Below, in pieces: positions 1-8,986 of a DNA stretch of 19,523 nucleotides. Source of the stretch: Candidatus Thermofontivivens primus (GTDB lineage: Bacteria > Sysuimicrobiota > Sysuimicrobiia > Sysuimicrobiales > Thermofontiviventaceae). The DNA lies in the NCBI GenBank assembly GCA_031458695.1, contig JAVKJW010000038.1:1-19523 (forward strand). Direction: 5' to 3'. The translations under genes were made by a program, and so were the position numbers. The notes below the pieces were generated by a model. The model saw only the letters and a program-made list of their open reading frames with translations, did no database searches and was not told the origin of the DNA. Each line of letters begins with the position of its first letter. Within the stretch, counting starts at the first letter, position 1.

Positions 1-153
1 GACCTGAAGGTCGCCGCCCTTGTGGCGTTGGGCTTTTTCCTCGGCGGCCTTGTGGGGGCACGTATTGCCGTAGGCCTCCCCCAGCATATTCTCAAGAAAA
101 TTTTCGGCGTGGCGTTGCTCTACATCAGCCTGAATCTCATCCTCTCACGGTGA
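1..153 (+). CDS. TauE/SafE (TSUP) family membrane transporter, C-terminal fragment (5' end outside window)
   Basis: Frame 1 is open from base 1 to TGA at 151-153: DLKVAALVALGFFLGGLVGARIAVGLPQHILKKIFGVALLYISLNLILSR. The G..GA.....LP...LKKIFG pattern is typical of TauE C-termini. Confidence 0.8.
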   Translation, partial: DLKVAALVALGFFLGGLVGARIAVGLPQHILKKIFGVALLYISLNLILSR

Positions 154-160
154 ATCCTCC

Positions 161-1195
161 ATGCACTTCATGCTCCAGGAGATTCAAGAACAACCGATGG
201 TCGTGGAGCGGATCCTCCAGGAATCTCCCCGAATCCGGCGGCTCGCCCGTAGGATCCGGCGCAGGGATCCCTGGTTCGTTGTGATGGCGGCACGAGGGAC
301 TTCGGACAACGCCGCTCTCTATGGGAAGTACCTCTTCGAGACGCTCCTAGGCCTCCCTGTCTCCCTTGCGGCCCCCTCGGTCATCACCCTCTACAGTTCC
401 CGGCTTCGCCTCCAGAAATCTCTCGTCTTGGGCATCTCCCAGTCGGGAGAGTCGCTGGATATCGTAGAATTTCTGCGCGCTGCTCGTCGCTTGGGAGCGC
501 TGACTGTGGCCATCACCAACCACGAACGCTCCACTCTCGCCCGGAATGCCCACGAGGTCCTGCTGTGCCACGCGGGAGAGGAGCGGAGCATCGCTGCGAC
601 CAAGACCTACATGGGACAGTTAACGGTCCTCGCGTTCCTCGCAGCGACCTGGGGAGAGCTGGGTGATTTGGAACGAGAACTGCAGAACCTCCCCAGGGCC
701 CTCGAGGAGGTTCTAAAGAGGAAAGAAGAGATTGCAGAACGGGTGAGCCGGTACAGGTATATGGGGGAGTGCATTGTCTCCGCAAGAGGCTATAATTACG
801 CCACGGCCAAGGAGGCAGCACTGAAACTCAAAGAGACCTGTTACGTCCTTGCCGAGGCCCTCTCCTCCGCAGATCTCCTCCATGGTCCCATTGCAATTGT
901 GGAGAGAGACTTCCCCGTCTTCCTATTCGCGCCCACAGGAAAAGCCTATGGCCATCTCTTAGAGCTCACAGAGCGGCTGGTGGCTCAAGGTGCCGAAGTT
1001 GTCGTTTTCAGCGATGCCCAGGAGATCCTGAAAAAGGGGACTGTCCCCATTCCCGTTCCAGTCTCAGTGCCCGAAGAGGTAACCCCACACGTCTTGATCA
1101 TCCCTGCCCAACTCTTTGCCTATCACCTCGCCCTGGCAAAGGGCCTCGACCCCGATCATCCCCGGGGCTTGCGCAAGATCACCCGCACCCTCTAG
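161..1195 (+). CDS. SIS-domain sugar-phosphate isomerase/deaminase (GlmS C-terminal-like; probable glucosamine-6-phosphate deaminase, NagB-II/GlmD type)
   Basis: Motifs ARGTS, SQSGES, E.SIAATKTY, EAALKLKE, HGP and GLDPDHPRGLRKIT. Two SIS domains, no glutamine amidotransferase domain. Confidence 0.88.
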   Translation: MHFMLQEIQEQPMVVERILQESPRIRRLARRIRRRDPWFVVMAARGTSDNAALYGKYLFETLLGLPVSLAAPSVITLYSSRLRLQKSLVLGISQSGESLDIVEFLRAARRLGALTVAITNHERSTLARNAHEVLLCHAGEERSIAATKTYMGQLTVLAFLAATWGELGDLERELQNLPRALEEVLKRKEEIAERVSRYRYMGECIVSARGYNYATAKEAALKLKETCYVLAEALSSADLLHGPIAIVERDFPVFLFAPTGKAYGHLLELTERLVAQGAEVVVFSDAQEILKKGTVPIPVPVSVPEEVTPHVLIIPAQLFAYHLALAKGLDPDHPRGLRKITRTL

Positions 1196-1260
1196 CTCAT
1201 CCAGCAAAGGCCTCTCCGAGGACTATACCGAAACCTTGCCAAAGGATGGCTAGGGCCACC

Positions 1261-2544
1261 TTAAAACCCTGCCCGACCCGAGGCGATCTCCTCGACGAGG
1301 GCTACTACAAATCGGGCTGTCTCCTCAAGAGCTCTCGGGTTGACTGTGGCGGGAACATCCTCTGGGGTATGGATGGAGGTAATCTCGGGACGAGCGAGGA
1401 AAATGGCGGGGATCCCCATCTGTTCGAACGAGACATGGTCGCTTTCTGCAGATCTTCCCGTGCTCAGAGGAATACCCAGCTCCCTGGCGAGGCGATCAGC
1501 GAGGTCAAGGAGTGGTCCCCTGCCAGCAGTGTTCAAAGCTAGCAATCGGTCCCCCTGTCCCACGACGTCCACATTGATCATGGCCACAACGTCCTGGCCC
1601 GCCGTGCGGACATAGTGCTGTGATCCCAGGAGACCCAACTCCTCTGCACCAAACGCCACGAAGGCAAGGGTATAGGGGTAGGAGCGAGGTGCAAGAACCC
1701 TGCTCACCTCCAGGACCACGGCAACACCGCTGGCGTTGTCGTTTGCTCCTGGGGCAGCAGGAACGGAATCAAAGTGTGCCCCGATGACCACAACCTTCCG
1801 AGGTTGCCCTCGACCAAGTTTGCTTGCAACCACATTCCACGTTGTACGCTCCTCCAACAGGGTATCGACCAGGAGTCGTGCCCGTACAGGTCCTCGGTTG
1901 ATCAGGCCGAGAAGGCGCTGGCCCTCCTCCTGGGAGATTGTCACCGCGGGGATGGGGGAGCCTCCCACTAGCGTGCCCTGGATATTCCCCGGACGGTTGT
2001 TATAGATCACGACACCCACAGCGCCATACCGCGCGGCATTCCGTGCTTTCTCGGAGAAAAAGATTGCCCCACGTTGGGCAAGCGCGATGTGCCCTCGGAC
2101 GTCCTTCCCCCGGAAATCCTCAGGGCGGCCGAGGCCGACGTGTACGAGCAAACCTTCCACGCCCTCCGGGGGAGTCGGTGGCGAATAGACCAAGACCTCT
2201 GGGGAGAAGGAGAGGCGTTCCGGACTCAGTGTCTGGAAGAAGACACGACGGGTCTCAAAGGCAAGCACAGGGAACGCTTGGCGCTCTACGGGGTACCCGA
2301 ACGACTGGAACTGACCTGCGATGTATTCTGCAGCCTGGCGATCCTGTACACTTCCAGCCGGTCGTGCGCCGATCTGGCCAGCCAGCGCAACGACGTGGGC
2401 ATATGCCGCCTGCCCTGAGATTGCAGGAGTTTCCTGGGCGATGAGGAGGCCGGAGCCCGCTGTGAAGACAATCGCCAGGAGAACTCCCAGAAGAACCCGT
2501 GGCATCCTCAGGTCGCTGAATAGGCGATGGGTGCTCCACCCCAT
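1261..2544 (-). CDS. Secreted M28 family aminopeptidase with PA domain (YwaD-like)
   Basis: N-terminal hydrophobic signal; PA-domain DVRGHIAL..RG and GAVGVVIYNN; metal motifs GAHFDS, GANDNASG, AEELGLLGS, SDH and IHTPED. Confidence 0.9.
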   Translation of the reverse strand: MGWSTHRLFSDLRMPRVLLGVLLAIVFTAGSGLLIAQETPAISGQAAYAHVVALAGQIGARPAGSVQDRQAAEYIAGQFQSFGYPVERQAFPVLAFETRRVFFQTLSPERLSFSPEVLVYSPPTPPEGVEGLLVHVGLGRPEDFRGKDVRGHIALAQRGAIFFSEKARNAARYGAVGVVIYNNRPGNIQGTLVGGSPIPAVTISQEEGQRLLGLINRGPVRARLLVDTLLEERTTWNVVASKLGRGQPRKVVVIGAHFDSVPAAPGANDNASGVAVVLEVSRVLAPRSYPYTLAFVAFGAEELGLLGSQHYVRTAGQDVVAMINVDVVGQGDRLLALNTAGRGPLLDLADRLARELGIPLSTGRSAESDHVSFEQMGIPAIFLARPEITSIHTPEDVPATVNPRALEETARFVVALVEEIASGRAGF

Positions 2545-2558
2545 GAACTACGACGCTC

Positions 2559-3296
2559 CTACGGGGAAAAATCCGGAACCGGCGGCAACGCCCGCTTGTG
2601 CATGCTGGCCCTGTGCAAAGCCTCGATCCTTGCGGCAACCTCAGGAGGAACTTGCTCGCCCAGGAGGTACCCGTCGAGCTGCTCGTAGGTGATTCCAAGC
2701 TCGCCTTCGTCTGTCTGGCCAGGCCACAGGCCAGCGGAGGGGGTTTTCTCTATGATCCGTTCCGGGACCCCGAGATACCTCGCCAACTCACGAACCTGTC
2801 TCTTCGTCAGGTTCCCAAGAGGGAGGACATCCACCCCACCGTCACCATATTTGGTAAAGTACCCCACGTAGATCTCGCTGCGGTTCCCTGTCCCCACGAC
2901 AAGGCGGTTCAAGCGGTTGGCGAAAAAGTAGAGGGTCGCCATCCGGAGTCGCGGCTTGAGGTTGGCAAGGGCAATGGGGTGATCGGCGTAGTATCCAGAG
3001 GCCCGTAATGCCTCCAAGAGGCCATCGTACACGAGGTCGAGGGTCACGGTGGTTACTGGCAAGCCCAGCGTCCTCGCGACGAAATAAGCGTCTTCGATGT
3101 CTATGGGGTCGCTATGACACGGCATCACCACGCCCAGGGTGTGCTCGGGGAACGCTCGTAGGCACAGCGCAGCCACCGTCGCCGAGTCCACGCCGCCGCT
3201 GATACCTACGACGGCTCCCACTGCCCCTGCCGCGTTGGCCTGATCCTGGAGCCAGACGACGAGCCTTCTGCTGAACTCCTCCATCGCTTCCTCCAT
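2559..3296 (-). CDS. nadE: NH3-dependent NAD+ synthetase
   Basis: Motifs GISGGVDS, NLKPRLRM, GTGNRSE, GYFTKYGDGG and PSAGLWPGQTDEGELG. No glutaminase domain. Confidence 0.96.
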   Translation of the reverse strand: MEEAMEEFSRRLVVWLQDQANAAGAVGAVVGISGGVDSATVAALCLRAFPEHTLGVVMPCHSDPIDIEDAYFVARTLGLPVTTVTLDLVYDGLLEALRASGYYADHPIALANLKPRLRMATLYFFANRLNRLVVGTGNRSEIYVGYFTKYGDGGVDVLPLGNLTKRQVRELARYLGVPERIIEKTPSAGLWPGQTDEGELGITYEQLDGYLLGEQVPPEVAARIEALHRASMHKRALPPVPDFSP

Positions 3297-3514
3297 CGCC
3301 CTCTCCGCACCGTCGTGCCTTGAGAAGATCGAAGTGAGTCAAAATTGCCACTTGGTTGATTTCGGCAGTTGACCCCACCTTCCCTTGGCCTCCGGTTTCA
3401 GTACACCGACAAAGATCTCCACGTTTGGTTCCCACCAAACCTGTCCCTCGCTGCTGTGTCCACCCCGGGATAGGTGTGGGAGGAAATCCCCAGGAGGCGG
3501 AGATATTCCTGGAC

Positions 3515-3544
3515 TTGTCGACGAGCGCTTGTTGATCCTATACT
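3515..3544 (+). promoter_or_regulatory. Putative sigma70 promoter of the sdh operon
   Basis: TTGTCG-N18-TATACT, about 70 nt upstream of the sdhC start. Confidence 0.45.
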
Positions 3545-3612
3545 GATCTCAAGGACTTCGTGAATATGGAGGTCCCAAAAGTCCATTTTGAGTCGGGTTG
3601 AAGGAGGGGACC

Positions 3613-3972
3613 ATGTACAGAGGTGGACCAGGGATGCTTGCGTGGGCCCTGCACCGCATCACCGGTGTGGCTATCCTGCTCTTCCTGCTCATCCATATCA
3701 TCGAGACCATGATGATCGGGTTCGGGCCCGACGCCTACAACAGGGCGATTGCGATCTACAAGCAACCGTGGTTCAAGCCATTCGAGTTCCTGCTGGCAGC
3801 GGCTGTCCTCTACCATGCAGGGAATGGGATCCTCGTCATGATCGTGGACTTCCTTCCGGAAGCAAGCCGGGTTTACCGGAAGCTCTTCTGGGCAGGCGCC
3901 TTGGTCTACACGGTGCTGATCATTCCCATCGCGTACTTGATGCTTCGCCCGTTCTTTACCGCCTATTTCTGA
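3613..3972 (+). CDS. sdhC: Succinate dehydrogenase cytochrome b556 subunit
   Basis: LHRITG and YHAGNG heme-His motifs, 3 TM segments. ATG at 3613 follows AAGGAGG (3601-3607), preferred over the ORF-track start at 3598. Confidence 0.92.
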   Translation: MYRGGPGMLAWALHRITGVAILLFLLIHIIETMMIGFGPDAYNRAIAIYKQPWFKPFEFLLAAAVLYHAGNGILVMIVDFLPEASRVYRKLFWAGALVYTVLIIPIAYLMLRPFFTAYF

Positions 3973-3993
3973 GGATCAGGAGGAGGGACGTCC

Positions 3994-4362
3994 ATGCAGG
4001 TTGTATCCCGTCCTCGACCAGGCGCAGGATTTGAGCTCTACTCCTGGCTATTCATGCGAATCTCCGCTATCCTCCTGCTCCTCCTCGTTCTCGGGCATCT
4101 TGTCGTGATGCACCTGATCAATACCACTGAGAACATCGACTTCAACTTTGTCGCCAAGCGGTTCGCGACACCGTTCTGGCGTAGCTACGACACGCTCATG
4201 CTCCTCCTCACGCTGTTACACGGTCTGAACGGCGTCCGGACCATCGTGGAGGACTATGTCCACTCTCGCCCCTGGCGGGTCTTCTGGACGTTCCTCTTAG
4301 TCACGGTAGGGCTTGTCTTCGGCACCATTGGTGCGTTAGTGATCTTCACCTTCCAGCCTTAA
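3994..4362 (+). CDS. sdhD: Succinate dehydrogenase membrane anchor subunit
   Basis: WLFMRIS, GHL and HGLNGVRTIVEDY motifs; lies between sdhC and sdhA; AGGAGG RBS. Confidence 0.92.
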   Translation: MQVVSRPRPGAGFELYSWLFMRISAILLLLLVLGHLVVMHLINTTENIDFNFVAKRFATPFWRSYDTLMLLLTLLHGLNGVRTIVEDYVHSRPWRVFWTFLLVTVGLVFGTIGALVIFTFQP

Positions 4363-4387
4363 GGCGCCAAACCGGGGAGTGAGGGAG

Positions 4388-6127
4388 ATGAACTTCGAGC
4401 ATCGCTACGACGCGCTTATCGTAGGGGCCGGCGGCGCGGGTCTATACGCTGCCGTGGAGCTCTCCAAGCACCCTGAGATTTCCGTGGCTGTGTTAAGCAA
4501 GCTCTACCCGACGCGGTCCCATACAGGGACTGCCCAGGGGGGAATCGGCGCGGCCCTGGGCAACGTGGAGGAGGACCACTGGGAGTGGCACATGTTCGAC
4601 ACTGTGAAAGGGAGCGACTACTTGGCAGACCAGGATGCGGCGGAGATCCTAGCCCAGGAGGCGATCACGACGGTGTACGAGCTGGAGCACATGGGGTTGC
4701 CGTTCAACCGTACCCCAGATGGAAGGATCGACCAGAGGAGGTTCGGTGGACACACGCGCAACTATGGGGAGGCGCCGGTACGCCGCTCCTGTTACGCTGC
4801 AGACCGCACGGGCCATATGATCCTGCAAACCCTGTACCAGCAATGCATCAAGAACAATGTGCGCTTCTTCAACGAGTTCCAGGTCATCGACCTCCTCGTG
4901 GAAGATGGCACCGTTGGGGGCGTTGTGGCATGGGCGCTCGCGACAGGCGACATCCATGTCTTCCGGGCAAAGGCGGTGCTCTTTGCCACTGGGGGATTCG
5001 GGCGGATCTACAAGGTCACAAGCAACGCTCACTCCCTCACCGGGGACGGGGTGGCCATTGCATGGAGGCGGGGGATCCCCCTCGAGGACATGGAGTTCTT
5101 CCAGTTCCACCCTACGGGAATTTATAAACTGGGCATCCTTCTCAGCGAGGCCGCGCGCGGGGAGGGGGCGGTGCTGGTAAACGGCAAGGGAGAGCGGTTC
5201 ATGGAACGGTACGCTCCTACCCTCAAAGATCTCGCCCCGAGAGATCTCATCTCCCGGTGTATCTACCAGGAGATTCGGGAGGGACGGGGAGGGAATGGGA
5301 AGGACTACGTCTTCCTTGACTTCCGCCACCTGGGCGCAGAGGTCCTGGAGAAGAAGCTCCCTGACATCACGGAATTTGTACGGACCTACCTGGGACTTGA
5401 CCCGTTGAAGGAGCTCATCCCTATCCAGCCCACCGCACACTATGCGATGGGAGGGATCCCCACGGATGTCCACGGGCGGGTGGTGATCGATGAGAAGAAC
5501 ACGGTCCTGCAGGGATTCTACGCGGCCGGGGAGTGTGCCTGCGTCTCTGTCCACGGGGCGAACCGCCTGGGGACCAACTCTCTTGTGGACATCCTTGTTT
5601 TCGGCCGACGCGCCGGGCAGCACATGGCTCAATACATCAAAGAGGCCAAGTTCCTCGCACTGCGCCACAACCCTCACACCCAAGCGCGAGAGTGGATCGA
5701 GAGGGTGCTCACGGGAAATGGGAAGGAACCTGTGGCGAGGATCCGGGAAGAGCTTCAGCAAGCGATGATGGATCACTGCTCTGTCTTCCGGACTGGGGAG
5801 GGCCTCAAGCTCTGCTTGGAAAAGATCCTAGAATTGAAGGAGCGCTACAACTACGTTCGTGTCGAGGATCGAGGGAAGACGTTCAACCAGGACCTCCTCG
5901 AGGCCTGGGAGGTAGGCTGCCTGCTGGACATCGCGGAGGCCACGGTGCGATCAGCCTTGAATCGGACGGAGAGCCGAGGGGCCCATTATCGGGAGGATTA
6001 CCCCAAGCGAGACGACGCGAACTGGCTCAAGCATACGCTCATCTACCGGAAGGAGCATGGGGAGATCGAGTTCCGGTACAAGCCAGTTGTGATCACGCGC
6101 TTCCAACCACAGGAGCGGAAGTATTAA
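4388..6127 (+). CDS. sdhA: Succinate dehydrogenase flavoprotein subunit
   Basis: GAGGAG, RSHTGTAQGG (covalent FAD His), QFHPTG, HYAMGG, SVHGANRLG and ESRGAHYREDYP. ATG 4388 is best placed relative to GGGGAG; GTG 4379 is an alternative. Confidence 0.96.
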   Translation: MNFEHRYDALIVGAGGAGLYAAVELSKHPEISVAVLSKLYPTRSHTGTAQGGIGAALGNVEEDHWEWHMFDTVKGSDYLADQDAAEILAQEAITTVYELEHMGLPFNRTPDGRIDQRRFGGHTRNYGEAPVRRSCYAADRTGHMILQTLYQQCIKNNVRFFNEFQVIDLLVEDGTVGGVVAWALATGDIHVFRAKAVLFATGGFGRIYKVTSNAHSLTGDGVAIAWRRGIPLEDMEFFQFHPTGIYKLGILLSEAARGEGAVLVNGKGERFMERYAPTLKDLAPRDLISRCIYQEIREGRGGNGKDYVFLDFRHLGAEVLEKKLPDITEFVRTYLGLDPLKELIPIQPTAHYAMGGIPTDVHGRVVIDEKNTVLQGFYAAGECACVSVHGANRLGTNSLVDILVFGRRAGQHMAQYIKEAKFLALRHNPHTQAREWIERVLTGNGKEPVARIREELQQAMMDHCSVFRTGEGLKLCLEKILELKERYNYVRVEDRGKTFNQDLLEAWEVGCLLDIAEATVRSALNRTESRGAHYREDYPKRDDANWLKHTLIYRKEHGEIEFRYKPVVITRFQPQERKY

Positions 6128-6141
6128 GGAGGGTTGTCGCA

Positions 6142-6840
6142 GTGAAGGTGACCTTTCGCATCAAGCGCTTCAACCCCGAGACAGACGCTCGCCCGCACTG
6201 GGAAGAATACGAGGTGGAAGCCGAGCCAGTGGACCGCGTGCTCGACGGCCTCCACTACATCAAATGGTATCTGGATGGCACCCTGGCCTTCCGTCGCTCC
6301 TGTGGCCATGGGATCTGCGGCTCTGACGCTATGATGATCAACGGGCGCAACCGCTTGGCCTGCAAGGTCCTCCTCAAGGATCTAGGGCGCAAGGTCGTTG
6401 TAGAACCCCTGCGGGGATTCCGCGTGATCAAAGACCTCGTGGTGGACATGGAGCCATTCTTTGCGAAGTACCGGGCGGTGATGCCCTACCTCGTGAACAA
6501 TGACCCTGCTCCTGAGAAGGAACGCCTCCAGTCCCCGGAGGAACGCGCACGTTACGACGACACGACCAAATGTATTCTGTGCGCAGCATGCACAACCTCC
6601 TGTCCCATCTTCTGGGCCAATGGTCAGTATATTGGACCCGCCGCAATTGTCGCTGCGCACCGCTTCATTTTCGATAGCCGCGATCAGGCAGCGGCGGCAC
6701 GCCTGGAGATCCTCAACGACCGTTCTGGCGTCTGGCGGTGCCGTACCGTGTTCAACTGTACCGAAGCCTGCCCCCGGGGGATCGACGTCACGAAAGCTAT
6801 CGAGGATGTCAAGCGGGCCATCCTCCTCAGCCGGTTTTGA
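6142..6840 (+). CDS. sdhB: Succinate dehydrogenase iron-sulfur subunit
   Basis: SCGHGICGSD...LAC, CILCAACTTSCP and CRTVFNCTEACP. GTG at 6142 follows AAGGAGG; this is the real 3' part of the 5533..6840 ORF. Confidence 0.95.
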   Translation: MKVTFRIKRFNPETDARPHWEEYEVEAEPVDRVLDGLHYIKWYLDGTLAFRRSCGHGICGSDAMMINGRNRLACKVLLKDLGRKVVVEPLRGFRVIKDLVVDMEPFFAKYRAVMPYLVNNDPAPEKERLQSPEERARYDDTTKCILCAACTTSCPIFWANGQYIGPAAIVAAHRFIFDSRDQAAAARLEILNDRSGVWRCRTVFNCTEACPRGIDVTKAIEDVKRAILLSRF

Positions 6841-6877
6841 GGACCTAGCACATGCATAACGGAACGCAAACCGGCTC

Positions 6878-6894
6878 CTGGCATCACACTTGCT
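6878..6894 (+). promoter_or_regulatory. Putative sigma54 (-24/-12) promoter
   Basis: CTGGCATCACACTTGCT fits TGGCA-N6-TTGC with GG and GC exactly 10 nt apart. Predicted start ~6905 falls just before AGGAGG (6908-6913) and ATG 6923. Confidence 0.7.
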
Positions 6895-6922
6895 CCCTCT
6901 TCCTTATAGGAGGGATCATCTC

Positions 6923-7429
6923 ATGAAGATCTCAGGGATAGAAGATCCGTTTGGGCGAGTAACGGTAGAAGGATTGCGACCGCATCTTGTACCGCAGCAA
7001 CCAAGCGAGCAGTCCTTCGGTGCAATCCTCCGACAGGCAGAAAGCGTCGTGGAGGCCACGAGCAATCACCAAGAGGCAAGCGCTTCTCTTCCTCCACTGG
7101 ACGAGGAGAGGATGGCTCTCTCACCGCTCCAGCAGGTCCAGTTTCCGGCTCCTATTGAAAGTGCATCTGCATTAGAACGACCACAAACGGTCGCTGCCTC
7201 GAACACACCCGCCGCTCCCTCCCCGCAAGGGAGCACAGCCAGCCCCCCGCGGACGCTCGTCGATTTCTTCCGCGGGATGATCACGGCTTTCCGGCAAGCT
7301 CGCGCACAAGGGAAGAATTTCTTGGCGGCGGTCCTCGACACCATAAAATACCTTTTCTCGCTGATCAAGCTCTCCGGACCGCCTGCAGCTTCCTCGCCAC
7401 CGCCGTCCAGAATCAACGAGAGGGCCTAA
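6923..7429 (+). CDS. Hypothetical protein (168 aa); Pro/Ser/Ala-rich linker and C-terminal amphipathic helices
   Basis: AGGAGG RBS 9 nt before ATG, own promoter motif, fills the intergenic space. No family recognised. Confidence 0.7.
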   Translation: MKISGIEDPFGRVTVEGLRPHLVPQQPSEQSFGAILRQAESVVEATSNHQEASASLPPLDEERMALSPLQQVQFPAPIESASALERPQTVAASNTPAAPSPQGSTASPPRTLVDFFRGMITAFRQARAQGKNFLAAVLDTIKYLFSLIKLSGPPAASSPPPSRINERA

Positions 7430-7506
7430 AAGGAGACAGGTCCGCGTAAGGAATCGTTCGGTGGGCCAAGAACCTTCAAGAATCTGTTTTCCGGACTTGG
7501 AGCTGG

Positions 7507-7641
7507 CTATGCAGCTTTATAGACGAATTTATTCCCACATTCCCTACACTGCCACTTTTGCTGGCCTTTCTCGTCGGTTCCTTTGTATTCGATGTGGGTG
7601 CTCTTGCAGGCAGGGCACCGCGACGGAGCCTTCATCCCCAT
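7507..7641 (-). CDS. 44-aa zinc-ribbon microprotein (CxxC...CxxC)
   Basis: MGMKAPSRCPACKSTHIEYKGTDEKGQQKWQCRECGNKFVYKAA. Strong RBS AGGAGGGAGG just upstream; TATACT -10-like hexamer at 7679-7674. Confidence 0.75.
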   Translation of the reverse strand: MGMKAPSRCPACKSTHIEYKGTDEKGQQKWQCRECGNKFVYKAA

Positions 7642-7857
7642 AGTATGACCTCCCTCCTGGTGCAGGCAATTCCAGTATACACCTATTCCGGCTAAACTGC
7701 GAGATCCCCCCTCCTGCACGAGATCCCTGCACAAAGGGATCCCCAAAGCCCATTTTGGCGCAGGGCAAAGACCGGGGTCCCGAAAGAGGAGGAGACCACC
7801 CTGAGTTGCCGAAAGATAACCCACATCCTGGAGCGCGGCAGGCGGTAGAAGGAAACC

Positions 7858-8628
7858 ATGACAGGCTGGAAAACTCGACCGGCCCCATCAGGATGGTTCT
7901 CACGGCTCCCGGGAGACTGTCCCGTTACGTGGACGATTCTCGGCGCGAACGCCTTCACGTTTGTCTTCACCTTCATGGGTGCCGGTTGGCTCTTGGAAAG
8001 CTTAGTTTTCCGGACCTATGTATTCCCGTCCGCACCCTGGTCGCTAGTCACCTACCTCCTCGTGGGGAGCAGCCACCCTCTCTGGTTGCTCCTCGGGGGG
8101 TACATGGTCTGGATATTTGGAGGGAGCCTGGAAAGATCGTGGGGAAGGCGGGACTACATCTTGTTCTTGATCCTCACTTCTGGTACCGCGGCGATCTTCC
8201 TGTGGCTAGGAAGCTTCTTCACGGGGCGTGCTACTGTCCTCGCAGGGTTCTGGGTTCCGCTCACCGCATGTGTAGTCGCCTGGTCGGCGATCAACCCGCA
8301 TGAGCGCCTCTTGCTCTATTTCGTCGTCCCTATAGAGGCGCGGTGGCTTGGGATCCTCGCCACAGTCCTTCTCTTCTTCTCCTTCCCCTTCCCCCTAGGG
8401 CTCTTTCCCCTTGCAGGGTGCGGGCTTGCCTGGTGGTACGCACGGGGTGGCCGCTTCTGGCTCTCTCCTGGATGGCCCTCTAGGATCTCCTTAAGACGAC
8501 GGCGTGCGCGGATCCCGGAGGATCGATTCACCTTGAACCCGATTGAGCTGGTTCGGCGCTGGCAGCGCAAGCGGCGATTCCTACGCCTGATGAAGCAGGC
8601 TGGGCTGCGTGACCTCAACAAGCATTGA
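7858..8628 (+). CDS. Rhomboid-superfamily membrane protein, probably catalytically inactive
   Basis: PWSLVTY...HPLWLL...WIFGGSLERSWG, NP....LLYFVVPI..RWL, about 6 TM segments. The GxSG and TM6 His motifs are not seen. Confidence 0.75.
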   Translation: MTGWKTRPAPSGWFSRLPGDCPVTWTILGANAFTFVFTFMGAGWLLESLVFRTYVFPSAPWSLVTYLLVGSSHPLWLLLGGYMVWIFGGSLERSWGRRDYILFLILTSGTAAIFLWLGSFFTGRATVLAGFWVPLTACVVAWSAINPHERLLLYFVVPIEARWLGILATVLLFFSFPFPLGLFPLAGCGLAWWYARGGRFWLSPGWPSRISLRRRRARIPEDRFTLNPIELVRRWQRKRRFLRLMKQAGLRDLNKH

Positions 8629-8735
8629 ATGGGATCCTTACCGGGTACTGGTTTGGAATGGGGGAAGGCGGGAGGACTCGCATCCCTCTGATGTCAGAAA
8701 ATTCAGGGGAGGCGGAGCGCGGTTCTGAAGTGATT

Positions 8736-8827
8736 TGGCGGAGGGGGTGGGATTCGAACCCACGAGGCAGGAAGACCCGCCTAGCGGTTTTCGAGACCGC
8801 CGCCTTCAACCACTCGGCCACCCCTCC
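8736..8827 (-). tRNA. tRNA-Ser (anticodon CGA)
   Basis: GGAGGGG/CCCCTCC acceptor stem, anticodon arm GCGGT-CTCGAAA-ACCGC, long variable arm, GTGGG-TTCGAAT-CCCAC T arm, encoded GCCA end. Confidence 0.96.
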
Positions 8828-8907
8828 ACGCCTCCACATCCTCCATTGTTACACCTTCCTTCAGCCCATGCAAGCCCTTCGGCTGTAGGGCCCTTCGACT
8901 ATAGGGA

Positions 8908-8934
8908 TCAAAAACAGCGAAACCCTGCCGATGT
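8908..8934 (+). promoter_or_regulatory. Putative sigma28 (FliA/SigD) promoter upstream of fliG
   Basis: TCAA-N15-GCCGATGT versus consensus TAAA-N15-GCCGATAA; 52 nt upstream of the fliG ATG. Confidence 0.55.
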
Positions 8935-8986
8935 AATGAATAGGGGAACTCCACAAAAGCTAACAGCTGGGTAAGGGCGGATCCCT

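Noticed and set aside
3558..3580. Rex-like operator (TCGTGAA...) between nadE and sdh
   Set aside because: Only a half-site; the TTCACAA arm is missing.
3398..3586. 62-aa minus-strand ORF between nadE and sdhC
   Set aside because: No clear RBS or motif, and it overlaps the predicted sdh promoter.
5533..6141. Long N-terminal extension of SdhB (435-aa ORF) or an sdhA-sdhB frameshift fusion
   Set aside because: It overlaps intact sdhA in another frame, and sdhB has its own RBS and GTG at 6142.
7642..7824. Upstream extension of the zinc-ribbon ORF (105 aa)
   Set aside because: The strong RBS points to ATG 7641; the extension covers a promoter/intergenic region.
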